The position numbers were made by a program, and so were the translations under genes. The notes beneath the pieces are model-generated. The model was not told the DNA's origin. It did not search any database and was given only the letters and a program-made list of their open reading frames with translations. This document shows, one piece after another, positions 11,875 through 24,399 of a DNA stretch of 64,000 bases. The stretch is from the human T2T-CHM13v2.0 reference genome, Homo sapiens: NCBI RefSeq assembly GCF_009914755.1, contig NC_060930.1; one strand, written 5' to 3'. Every line of letters starts with the position of its first letter. The first letter of the stretch is position 1.

Positions 11875-13410
11875 CAGGAAATCCAATTACATGAGTGTTA
11901 AGTCTTTTGATATTGTCCCACAGGTCCATGGGGCTCCATTTACTTTTTTCAACCTTTTTTCTCTTGTTCAGATTGTACAATTTTTATTGATTAACCTCAA
12001 GTTCACTAACATCCCCCTTGTCATCCCCATTCTGCTACTGCTGTCATCTTGTGAACTTATTTTAGATATGGTGTTTTTAGGTTCTAAAATTTCTCATTGG
12101 TTCTTTTTTACTTTCTATTTTTCTGCAGAGAACTTCTATCTTGCTATTTATTTCAAGAGGGGTCACTTTTACTTCTTGGAGGATGGTTATAATAACTGCT
12201 TTAATACCTATGTGTGATAATCCTAATATATGATCATTCCAGGGTTGGCATCTGTTGATTGTATTCTCCCTTAAGATTTGGTTCAATTTGCTGATTTCTT
12301 ATGTGTCTAGTAATTTTGGATTACATCCTCTGCATTTTCAATTTGTGTTGTAATACCTTGTTAAAAATCCTTCCAATTATGTTTTTTAGGGGGAGGCAGG
12401 GTATGGAGAGAAGGGTTGTTTTAGGAATTAATTGGTCTAGTTAGCTTCAGGTTGTTAGTTTTGTTTCACTTTCTTTTGGTGAATATCTATGTCTTTTCAG
12501 TTTTCAAAGCATTTGTTATGTTCTTTGGGTCTCTCCCTCACATATGCCACTTAAGTGTTAGTTTGAGGCTTGGGCAGTGGTTTATTAAAGCTTTTGCTAT
12601 GCTTCTTTGGTTATGTTTCACGCATGCGTAACTTGGGGGTGAGCCAGGGACTTGTGTTGATTCATATGCAGAAACGGGTGATCTCTTCCAGCTCTATCTG
12701 CACCAGGATTTTCCCCAACTCTCTGGCTCCTAGGGACTCTTCTAGTTCTTCTGAATAGAAATACAGGGTTCTTTCAGGTGAAGTCCTCTTGAACTGCCAC
12801 TTAGTTTCTTGTGATAAGGCTTCTCTCCAGAAAAAGTGATGAAAGTAAAGAGGAAAAGACAAAAACAAAAACAAAAACACGGAGATATTTCCCCGCAACA
12901 CACACTGTGCAACAAAGGCATCTTTTTCTACTCCTTCTATACTAAGATGGTTTTTTCTAAGTTTTAGGTGCCCACTCCACCTCCATCAGTTAATGCAGCA
13001 CCATGACTATGCCTGGCCTTGGGGAAAGGCTGGGAGAGAAAAAAAGAGAAAACAAAATGAGGGTTTTTCTCAACACTCTCCTGCTTGAAAAGGTCCCTTT
13101 TCCTGGTCCTCCAGCAAGAAAGAGGGGTTTCTCTTAGAGATTTTGTTGTGCATGCTGACAATGGAGTTCCCCAATTCAATCTACCCTGAGTCAAAACCGG
13201 GAGATAGACGAAATTATAGAAAACTCATTATCACCATACCAGTCATCCTTTTAATTTTGACTTTCCCTACCAATTTGGTATTCTGTAAGCTCCAAAATCT
13301 TCAGCTATTTGGTTTTTTTGTTTGTTTTTTTAAATTATCCAGAGTTTTTAGTTGTAATTGATGGGTAAGATAGACTCTAGTGGGGTTACTCCATTTTGGC
13401 CAGCACTTTA
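11875..13410 (-). mobile_element. Old L1M 5'/ORF1 region
   Basis: T-rich antisense L1 (caattacatg...ttttgatattgtcccacag...tcaagttcactaa). Confidence 0.65.
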
Positions 13411-14149
13411 CCATAGGTAAGCCTATCAAACATAATTGTCACAATTGTTGGATAGGAGGATGCAAAAACTAATCAAGAGGTCAGTAGCTACTACCATAGG
13501 AAGCCATCTGTTATTTAACTTCTGTCTCTTCTTTTATTAGAGATAATACCACCTTGCTGTGACTTTTTTCTAAGGTGTTTTTTAAGTTGCAGTTTAATAT
13601 ATGTGATATGAACCCATTTATGTATCACAACAAAAGTTATATGTGTAAGGTTACACAGAGATTACACACAGAACTAGCTACTAGTTAAAATTGTGGAAGA
13701 TGGGAATGAAGGCATACCTTTTTAAAACGCTATACATGTTTGTACTGTTGGAACATTAGAAATGACCAAACCAACCTACCAAAGAATAGAAGAATCCTCC
13801 TTATCCTAAAACTTATAGTGTCAGCTTTCACAGATTTCAGATTATTTATGTCTGATTTCTAGCTGCAGTAGAAACCTTTGGTGGGTGTCTGCTCAGCTCA
13901 TCACAACTTTCTCTCTTTCTTTAAGAATCCTCCTCCCAATACACACTTCCCAGAAGGCCAGGCCCTTGGCAGCCATGTAGATAGTAAAGACCCAGTCTCA
14001 CTGGCCAACTGAAGGATTCTGTCTCCTGAAGATTTATACTGGGAACTGAAGGGGCTAGCTTATTCTGGACTGTACACTTGATCTGATGTTATTCTGCTTA
14101 AGGAGCTGTAGGACAGCCACCTTCTACCACATATAGCAATAAGTAGAGA

Positions 14150-14455
14150 ACTGGTCACTGTGGCTAATGTCTATAATCCCTGCACTTTGGGAGGCAGAGG
14201 CAGTTGGATTGCTTGAGGCCAGGAGTTTGAGACTAGCCTAGGCAACATAGCAAGACCCCATCTCCACCAAAAAGAAAAAAATTAACTGGTTGTGGTGATG
14301 TGCATACCTGTAGTCCCAGCTCCTCTGGAGACTGGGGTGGGAGGATTGCTTAAACCCAAGAGTTCAAGGCTGCAGTGAACAACTATGATTGTGCCACTGT
14401 GCTCCAGCCTGGGTGACAGAGTGAGAACTCATCTCTTAAAAATAAATAAATAAAA
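14150..14455 (+). mobile_element. Alu (AluJ-like)
   Basis: Full dimer; TSD AATAAGTAGAG on both sides. Confidence 0.9.
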
Positions 14456-14636
14456 TAAGTAGAGTAAACCATTTAGCAGAAAGAGGAGGAAAAAAGCACA
14501 GAAAAGTGCAAATGAAAAAACCAAGTGGTCAGAGAAAAGGAGAGAATTAAACATAATGAGAATTAGGTGGAGAATAAGCAAAAAATAAACTGAGAAAAGC
14601 GCTGAGTTGTTCCTAAAGGCTTTTAAATTCCCTAGT

Positions 14637-15338
<702 letters not shown>

Positions 15339-15709
15339 CTATCAACATTGTTATCATTTTATTCAAGGAAATAATCATGTGTTTTTATAATAATTATTTC
15401 ATTTTCCTTAAACTCTCTGAACTAAGACATTATATTTCTAGCAATAAATAGAAAACCAATGTTATAGAGAAAATGTGACTTAGATAACTATGATTTTCTT
15501 ATTGTTTTGAAAAGAAAGAGATGGTTGAGATTGTACACATATGAAACAGCTCTAAGAAGGCATAATCCAGTATGCTATCACTATGGCCAGATCTTATCTT
15601 AAATGGGGAGCATAGTGAGAAAAAAATTGTATAGTAAATTTGGGAAAGGGTGGGAGCATGTGGATCGATTAGGAAAAAACAGATTTCTGGCAATCTTGGA
15701 ATGAACAAT

Positions 15710-16440
15710 TATGTTAGTCCATTCTTGCACTGATATAAAGAACTACCAGAGAATGGGTAATTTACGAAGAAAACAGGTTTAATTGGCTCACAGTTCTGCA
15801 GGCTGTACAGGAAGCATGGCTGGGGAGGCCTCAGGAAACTTACAATCATGGCAGAAGGTGAAGAGAAAGGAGCCACATCTTACATGGCTGGAGCATGAGG
15901 AGGAGAGAGAGGGGAAGAGGTGCCACACACTTTTAAACAACCAGATTTTGGCCCAGCGCAGTGGCTCAAGCTTGTAATCCCAGCACGTTGGGAGGCTGAA
16001 GTGGGCAGATCACTTGAGGCAAGGAATTTAAAACCAGCCTGGGGAACATGGTGAAACCCCATCTCTACTAAAAAACATACAAAAAAAGTAGCTGGGGGTG
16101 ATGGCGCCTGCCTGTAATCCCAGCTACTTGGGAGACTGAGGCAGGAGAATCACTTCAACCCGGGAGGCAGAGGTTGCAGTGAGCCGAGACTGTGCCACTG
16201 CACTCCAGCCTGGGCCACAGAGTGAGACTCAAAAATAAATAAATAAATGTCTCAATAAATAAATAAATAAATAAATAAATAAACAACCAGATCTCACGAT
16301 AATTCACTTACTATCATGAGAATAGCAAGGGGAAAATCTGCCTGCATGATCCAATCACCTCCCACCAAGCCGCACCTCCAACATTAAGGATTACAATTCT
16401 ACATGAGATTTGGGCAGGGACACAAATCCAAAGAATATCA
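15710..16440 (-). mobile_element. MSTA-like solo LTR (MaLR) with an Alu inside
   Basis: ggctcacagttctgcaggctgtacaggaagcatgg...catgagatttgggcagggacacaaatccaaa; near-TSD ACAAT/ATAAT. Confidence 0.85.
15950..16280 (+). mobile_element. Alu (AluS-like) inside the MST LTR
   Basis: Full dimer, (TAAA)n tail, TSD AAACAACCAGAT. Confidence 0.95.
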
Positions 16441-17789
16441 ATAATTTACTCAGAAAAAAATTACCTGTATGCATTCATTCAACAAGTATATTTTGATTAG
16501 CCATTACATCCCAAGTATTGTAAGTGCTGGAGATGGAGTAGTGAATAAAACGAGGCCTTGCCCACATGGAGTTTATGGTCTAGGGGCAAGGAGGCAAAAC
16601 AAACAAATACGAAATAGGGGTGATGGGTACTCTTTTTGAAAATAAAGTGGGGGTTACATAATACCTTGGCAGGTATGATACTTTGTATAAGAAGGCCCAG
16701 GGAAGCCTTGCTGATAAGGTGGCATTTAAGCTGAGACCTGATGGAAGTTTGGGAGAAAGCCAAGCTGATCTCTGCAGAGCACGGGTGGCATCTTTGAGCA
16801 ACAGCAAGATTTCCTGTGTGAAGTATAAAGGGGAGAGGGTGGTAAACGACGGGACCATGAGTGGACATGTCATGAAGAAGGCCAGATCATCCTGGCCATA
16901 AGTACTCTGGTTTTTACTCTGAGCACAGTAGGAAAATGTTAGAAGGTTCTGGGCAGAGGGGCAAAACAACTAAATTCTTAGCAAATCACTCTTACCACAG
17001 TGGGAAGAATAGACCCTATGGGGTGAGTCTGGATGTGAGGCAACAATTAGTAGGCTCTTGGAATACTCTAGGTGAGAAAATTTAGTAGTTTAGACAAAAG
17101 CAGAAATGACGAATATAGTCTAGATGTATTTAAGATGGTGCTGACAGGATTTGCTGATGGGAAAATTGTGAGTTGTGTGAGAGAGGAGTTACATTTTTTT
17201 TTATCAGTAAGTTTTTGGATTAAACAGCCGGATGGCTGGAGATACCATTTACTGAGATGAAGAGTCATGATTTCTGTGTGGGGTTGGGGAGAAGATGCAA
17301 TAGCTCTGTTTTGGGATGCCTATCTGTAGCTAACAACATGCCATGTGTCTAAAGACTGGACGGTTATAAGACATGCTTTAAATCTATTCGCTTGTTTAAG
17401 CAATCATCTGAGATAGAGTAATAATATTGAGCCATTTTGATTGAGGAAACTAGGCAAAGAGAAGTCACATATCCCTTGCCCGATTACAAAGTTAGGATCT
17501 AAATCTAGGGAGCCTAGCTCCAGAATCTGCACTCTTATCTATCTAAATGGATATATCAGCAGGCAATTGGATACAGTCTTCAGTTCAGGGTAGAAGTCAG
17601 GTCTAGATAGAGATATGCAGTTGGGAATTATTAGCACATTGATGGTATTTGAAGCCACGGTACTGTTTGAGATCATGTAAGGAGAGAGCATGGATGGAAA
17701 AGACAATCAGTTCAGGGGCTAAGTCTTGGGGTATTTCATCATTTGGAGCTCAGAAATGAGAGAAGGCACCAGTAAAGAAAAAAAAAGTT

Positions 17790-18094
17790 GGCCCAGCATG
17801 GTGGCTCACATCTGTAATCCTAACACTTTGGGAGGCTGAGGAGGGAGGATTGCTTGAACCCAGGTGTTCGAGACCAGCCTGTGCAACATGATGAGACTTC
17901 ATTTCTACAAAAAATAAAAAAAAAAAAATTTAGCTGAGTGTGGTGGAGTGTGCCTGTAGTCCCAACTACTTAAAAGGCTGAGCCAGGAGGATTGTTTGAG
18001 CCTGGGAGAGTGACGCTGCAGTGAGCTATGATCATGCTACTGTACTCCAGCCTGGACAACAGAGCAAGACCCTGTCTCAAAAAAAAAGAAAAAA
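17790..18094 (+). mobile_element. Alu (AluJ-like)
   Basis: Full dimer; ggaggattgcttgaacccagg. Confidence 0.9.
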
Positions 18095-18166
18095 GAGAGG
18101 ACTTGCCTGTGGAGTAGGAGGTAAATCAAGACCATGTTGTGTGTGGGAAGCCAAACATAGAAACCA

Positions 18167-18472
18167 GGCTGGGCATGGTGGCTCATGCCTGTAATTCTAA
18201 CACTTTGAGAGGCCAAGGTGGGAGAATCACTTCAACCCAGGAGTTTGAAAACAGCCTGGGCAACAAAGTGAGACCCAATCTCTAAGAAAAATTTTAAAAA
18301 TATATGGGCAGGGTGGTGAATACCTACAATGCCAGCTACTCAGGAGGCTGAGGTGGGAGGATCCCTTGAGCCCAGGAGATTGAGACTGCAGTGAGCTGTG
18401 ATCACACCACTGCACCCCAACCTGGGCGACAGAGTGAAACCCTGTCTCTAAATCAATCAGTCAGTCAACCAA
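18167..18472 (+). mobile_element. Alu (AluJ-like)
   Basis: Full dimer; TSD-like catagaaa on both sides. Confidence 0.9.
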
Positions 18473-19109
18473 TCATAGAAATTGTTTCAAGAAGGAATGA
18501 TCAGCTCTGTCAAATACTGCTGATAGCTTGAAAAAATGATGACTGAGAATTGACCAATAGATTTGACAATACAAAAGTCATTGGTGGCTAAGCATTTTCA
18601 AGGAATGACAGGGGCAGAAGCTTGAAGGAGTGTGTCAAGGAGGGATAGGAAGAGGGTAAATGGAGATCACCAGCTTGGACAACTTTTGAAGATTTTTTTC
18701 TAAATAAAAGGAAGCATAACTAAGTTCTCTTTTCTTCTTCCCTAGTGGCTCTCTGCTGACTCCTCCAGATTGTGACACTCCATTTTTACCAAACTTGTAA
18801 CTCCCAGAAAAGTCATATCTGGGGGCCTTACAAATCTCAGTTGTCAGAAACACACCTGACCAACCGCCAATCATATGCCCATTCTCACCTCTGCCCTTTT
18901 CTGGTTCATGGGCCAGTTATCAACCTAGCATCTGGTCCTATTAACCCAGGTGTCTCCCTCAAACTCTACCTCTTAACAGCCTTCCCAAACTCCCAGACTG
19001 GGTCAGGCATCTATAATTATGGGATCCTGAACTTTGCTCTATGGTGCTTATCACAGTTCGTAATTATACACATTTTTGTATGATTGTTTTATTTATGTTT
19101 GTCTTTTCT

Positions 19110-19310
19110 ACTATGCTGTGCTAAGAAACTGGGCTCTGGAATCAGATCGCCAAGGTTCAAATCTTGATCACACGGACTAGTTGGATGGGCAAGTAATTTA
19201 GTCACACTGAGACACAGTTTTCGTATCTGTTAAATTAAAGTAGTATTCACTTCATCCAATTTTTGTGAGGCTGATACTATGTAAAGGGTCTAAAGACTGG
19301 TGCCTAGCAT
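19110..19310 (+). mobile_element. MIR
   Basis: gggctctggaatcagatc...ggttcaaatc...gggcaagtaattta...cagttttcgtatctgttaaa core. Confidence 0.65.
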
Positions 19311-19654
19311 TCAATTAACCTGAAAATCATTGTGAATATATTAAAGTAGAAAATACATATTTTAATATAGCCAAAATAACCTAGAGCTAATCTGTTTATT
19401 TCCACCTACTCTTCCCTCCTTCCACTGCCGCTCAGGCTCACTGTGTTATATATTAGGCACATATCTTTTTTTTTACCTCTATTATACCCAACTGCAAAAA
19501 CCATTATCTTACTGAATTTAGCAACTAATAGAATTTTTTAATGGAAGTGGTCTAAAACATTATAAGAAATTCCACCATTACTTTTTCCCTACAGTACAGA
19601 AGCCCCTTTGTTGTTTTGGGGGAATACCTAACAAGTAAAAGGCACTGAGTGAGT

Positions 19655-19921
19655 TTTCCAATTATCTGTTTCTCCATAACAAACCACCTCTCCACCTAGT
19701 GTCTTAAACCAACCATTTGCTATGTTTTATTACGATCTGGTGGGTAAATTGGGCTCATGTGAGTAGTTCTTGCTTGTCTCTCTCATACTATTGCAGGGAA
19801 AGAGATCCTGGAGCTAAAGTCATCTGTAGGCTACACTGTGCTGGATGTCAAATGTGGATTCTTCACTCACATGTTTAGGTGGAATAGAGTGATGGAACAG
19901 CAGCTGAGGACTAGCTGGATC

Positions 19922-19965
<44 letters not shown>

Positions 19966-20277
19966 CCTCCCTCCCTTTCTCTTTGTGTCTCCTCTCCATA
20001 GTCTTCTCCATGTGGTAGCTTGGCTCTTTAATAGTATGGAGATTTCAATGTGTTCACACTTCTTACATGATGGCTGGCTTTCCCAGAATGAGACCTAGGT
20101 GGAAACTTAGGTCTTACCTTGGCTCAGGAGTCACACAGTGTCACTTCTACTGCACTCTGTTAGTCAAAAGCAAGTCACACAGGACCAAGCCAGATTCAAG
20201 TGGCAGGGAATGCACAAAAGCATGCATTCTGAGAGGCATGGTTCATTGGAGGGCCATCTTTGAGGACTAATGACCAA
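19655..20277 (-). mobile_element. MLT1G/H-like LTR with internal (CT)n at about 19926-19960
   Basis: ataacaaaccac...gtcacacagtgtcacttctactgcactctgttagtcaaaagcaagtcaca...ccagattcaag. Confidence 0.7.
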
Positions 20278-20704
20278 AGTGAGCCTATACACATATACAG
20301 TAAAACCACAAAGACTCTGCCTTTAAGAAGCTTATAGTATTGTATAGGGCAGGGGTTTTTAACTTTTGCACTACTGACTCTTTTTATTAAATACATTTTA
20401 TTTTTAGAGTAGTTTTAGATTTATAAAAACATTGCAAAGATAGTACAGTTCACATATACCCTACACCCAGTTTCCCCTATTATTAACATCTTACATTAAT
20501 ATGGTACATATATTACAATTAAAGAACCGATCAATTGACATTATTATTAACTACAGTCTATACTTTACTCATATTTCCTGAGTTTTAACCTAAAGTCCTT
20601 TTTCTGTTCAAGGGTCCCATACATTACGTTTAGTTTACATATCTCCTTAGACTCCTCTTGGCTATGATAATTTCTTACACTTTGTTTTTGATGGCCTTGA
20701 CAGG

Positions 20705-20996
20705 TTTTTTTTTTTGTTTTTTTTTTTGAGACAGTCAGGCTGGAGTGCAGTGGTGGATCTCGGCTCACTGCAACCTCTAGCTCCTGGGTTCAAGCAATTC
20801 TCCTGCCTCAGCCTCCCGAGTAGCTGGGACTACAGGTGCGTGCCACCACACCCAGGTAATTTTTGTGTTTTTGGTAGAGACGGGGTTTCGGCATGTTGGC
20901 CAGGATGGTCTCGATCTCTTGACCTCGTGATCTGCCCACGAGGCTGAGGGGCCTCCCAAAATGCTGGGATTACAGCCATGAGCCACCGCATCTGGC
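20705..20996 (-). mobile_element. Alu (AluS-like) with an internal micro-inversion
   Basis: Full antisense dimer; anomalous GAGGCTGAGG at 20940-20949. Confidence 0.9.
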
Positions 20997-20999
20997 CAG

Positions 21000-21289
21000 G
21001 TTTTGTTTTTTTTAGAGACAGAGTCTTGCTCTATCACCCAGGCTGTAGTGCAGTGGTGCGATCACAGCTTACTGCAGCCTCGACCTCCTGGCCTCAAGTG
21101 ATTTTCCCATCTCAGCCTCCCAAATAAGCAGCAATGAGAGCAACCATGCCTCACTAAGTTTTATATTTTTTGTACAGACAGAGTTTTCCCATGTTGCCCA
21201 GGTCAGTCTTGAACTCCTGGGCTCAAGTGATCCTCCTGCCTCGGCCTCCCAAAGTGCTGAGATTACAGGCATGAACCACCACACCTGGC
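21000..21289 (-). mobile_element. Alu (AluJ-like)
   Basis: Antisense dimer in tandem with the previous Alu. Confidence 0.9.
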
Positions 21290-22259
21290 TCCTTGGCAGT
21301 TCTGAGAAGCCTGGTCAAATGTTTTATCAAACGCCCCTCTATTGGAATTTATCTGATGCTTTTCTCATGATTAGATTGGGGTTAGAGCACACACATTATC
21401 AACATGACTTACCATTGTTGATGTACCTTCTCACTACCTGGCTGAGGTAGTGTTTGCCAGGTTTCCTCTGTAAAGTTACTCCCCCATGAAACCCCCATGA
21501 AACTCCCCTCCCACCTTCTACTGTGGAAGTCAGTAATCAGCCCACACTTTAGGAGTGGAGAATTATACTCCCTCTCATTAAGAGAGGTTATTTATATAAA
21601 TCATTTGGAATTATTTGGCAAGGAAGATTTGTTTCTTCTCCTCTGATTATTTTTCAATAATTTACTTACATTAATATAGACTCATGGTATTTATATTATA
21701 CTTTGAGTTATAACCCAATACTACTTTGTTTATTTTGTTGTTTAACTAGTTCTAGTTTTAGACATCGAGAGCTCTTTCTGATGGTTCCTGTGTCCCTTTG
21801 ACATACCCCTAACAATGTGGGTTTTGTTTTGTTTTCTGAGCACTTCCTATTTCCTAGCACTGCAAGATACTCCAGGCCCACTTTGTATATTTTCAGCCCC
21901 AGTCCTAGAGTCAGCCTTTCGTCTAAGGACCCCCAAGTTCCTTTTATTAGAAGCCAAAATTTGTAGGGTGTATAACAGTATCCTTGGCCTCTGCTTATTG
22001 CATGCCAGTAGCAACCTTTCTCCTGTAGTCATGAAAATCAATGATGTTTCCAGACATTGTTAAGTGTCTCCTGGAAGGCAAAATGGCCCCAAGTTGAGAA
22101 CCACTGCTATAGAGATAGACCTGCTGAAAATTACATTAAGATAATATGATGGAGGCCAGTGGGAGCATTCCAGAAGAAGCTTCTGAACCTGTCAGCAGAT
22201 ATTGCTGCAGAGGAGGTTTGCCAGAGGAGGTGCCATTTGAACTGAGAATTGATTTGCAA

Positions 22260-22685
22260 TTCTCAGTTTTATTGAGCAATTATCACAAGCCAGACATAAG
22301 GTAATGTTTTACTTTAATTATTTCTTATAATTCCAACCTTAAAAAGCAGATATTATTGTCAGTTTACAGCTGAAGAAACTAAGGTTCAAAGGGACAAAGT
22401 AACTTGCTTAGGGTGCTTGAGCTGGTCTTGAAAGTTCCAGCTGTGCATGTGGATGGAAAGTTACAAGGGTGCTGACATGTGCCCACACTGCTTGAGTCAA
22501 GACTATCTCAACTACTTTCTTTGTTTACAAACCTGCAATACCACTTCATTTTAAATTTATTTTTTTCCCATTGAATTCTGGGTTCTCGAGAGCAGGAATC
22601 TTGCAGTGTTCATCTTATGTCTGCTTTCTAGCACAATGTTTGCAGTGATAGGTGTTCAATAAATGTTCAACAAGTGAATTAATAT
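22260..22685. mobile_element. MIR fragment (about 22260-22420) and L2 3' end (about 22570-22685)
   Basis: tttacagctgaagaaactaagg...aagtaacttgc; ggtgttcaataaatgtt...gaattaat. Confidence 0.6.
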
Positions 22686-23719
22686 TAATCTATGTCATCA
22701 AATTCACCACTTACAGCTTATGGAATTAATTCAAGTTCCTTCCGGTCAGATCACTATCCTGGCAGCACCTCTGGTAGAGGACTCATTGCTAGACACACCA
22801 ACCAACCTCCAGGAGTCTTTTAGTCACTCTGTCTCATTGTTTTACTCTCAGCATCCCGTAAGGCTAGTAGGCTGGTATTATGACTTCCTCAAATGATTAT
22901 GGTATGTGATCATAATATGTTGCCATGGGTTAGAGCTACAAAACAGGAGTTCTCTAAGGAAGGGAAAAATATGCTACATCTCTAATATTAAAATGTCAGA
23001 ATGTATTGTTACTAATTTTCACATGTAACCCCAATTTTATATATATATATGTATATATGTGTGTATATATATATTCTTCTGAAAATCCCTTTATCTTGAT
23101 TGTTGTAGCATTTTAAGATGAAATTTTATGCAGATCATGAAAGAGTTTTTTTTCCTTTCTTTAAATTCCTTCCCATTCTCATCGTAATTTCCTTTTATTT
23201 AATTTATTTATTAATTTTTGGTTGTGAGGATGGAATCTTTCTCCTTGTTTATTAAACAAAACAAGGGGAGAAATGTCCTTTTTTTGTTGCTTTTCTTTAT
23301 TCTACAACTTTTGGATCTGCTATTTGCAGTTGCTCTGAAATTTTGTCCATTGAATTAGAAGTTGCTCTCTGGTTTCAAGACTCTTTCTTCCTTTCCTTTG
23401 CTAAAATTTGGTCTAATTAAAAAAACAGTAGATCATAGTTAAATAAAACTGTACCCAGGATAACCCTAATTTCCATATGCAGATTTATCTGCACTGACAG
23501 CCACCCCCCTTACACACACACACTCTCTCTTTCTCATTCTCCTTTCCCTCCTCTCCATCTCCCTATTGCATTGTGTCTGACTGATTTTCAGAGCACCTTC
23601 GCTGTTTCCCCCTTCTCGTTCCCTTCTCATAAAATATCTAGACAGGAAGGAGGTGGCTGCAGAGGCTGAACAATCTCATATTCTGCCTGCAATGTCATCG
23701 TTTCTTTCCCCCATTTTAG

Positions 23720-24024
23720 GGGGCTGAAGTTGCCCAGCAAGGGATGCAGAGGAGCTGGAAAAGAAGGGGGGAGCTCTCCAGAGGCAGCTGCGGTCAGGGG
23801 CAGGGACTGCCGCCAGATGTGCCTGCCTTTCTGGGCTTTGATGAGAAAGGGGCAGCAGGAGGAAATATTGGGAGACAAAAGCCCCGGTTTAAATGATCAT
23901 TTTCTTTATTTAACATGGCAGCAGACACTCTCTGCGTAGGATCATCATGCCGAGCATAAACTGGACTTTCCCACTTGCCTGGCAGGAGTCACACAGATCC
24001 CTGCGTGCTAAATGAACATCTGAG
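23720..24024 (+). ncRNA. Candidate lncRNA exon (5' boundary uncertain)
   Basis: Strong donor GAG|GTAAGA at 24024/24025. Candidate acceptors at 23719/23720 (tttctttcccccattttag) and 23939/23940, or a TSS near the CT-rich tract at about 23500-23620. No credible ORF. Confidence 0.4.
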
Positions 24025-24399
24025 GTAAGACCCACTGTTTCAGATACTTGCTTTTTTCCTAATCGATTAATTTTCTTAAATATATGTTTCAGCCTCAACC
24101 ACAAACAGCATAGTGGGGGCAAATCTGTGTTAATGTGTATCTAAAAAGCCAAGAAAAACCAGAGGCATAATAGATTCAAGTCAATTTGGGGAGGTTAGTT
24201 ACTTTGTCAATTCTATGTATGCTGTTTGTTTTGTAGGAAAAATATTTGGTTTAAGAATAGACTAGTGTCATCCTAATCCACCACTGGTGATAATACTGAT
24301 GTTCAGACTCTTAAAAAAACTTTGTAAAAAGACAGTGAGCTACAGATGCATGTGCTGTATTTTTAGCTCACATACAAATATTAGAACTCTTATTAAAAT

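Larger units (their letters stand above)
16470..18720 (-). mobile_element. Long L2 (L2a-like) remnant split by a MIR and two Alus
   Basis: Begins with the L2 3' end attcattcaacaagtat; colinear antisense L2 blocks continue to about 18720. Confidence 0.75.
20395..21950 (-). mobile_element. L1MB/MC-type 3' end containing two Alus
   Basis: ttttagagtagttttagatttata...attgcaaagatagtacag...cccagtttcccctattattaacatcttacatta. Confidence 0.75.
20350..22106 (-). mobile_element. MER20 (hAT-Charlie) split by an L1M 3' fragment
   Basis: Left piece caggggtttttaacttttgcactactgac (20350-20378); right piece about 21960-22106 ending gttgagaaccactg. Confidence 0.75.

Noticed and set aside
23808-23825. CTCF-like CCGCCAGATGTGCC
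   Set aside because: Mismatches the strongly conserved GGC at the 3' end of the core; better read as an E-box.
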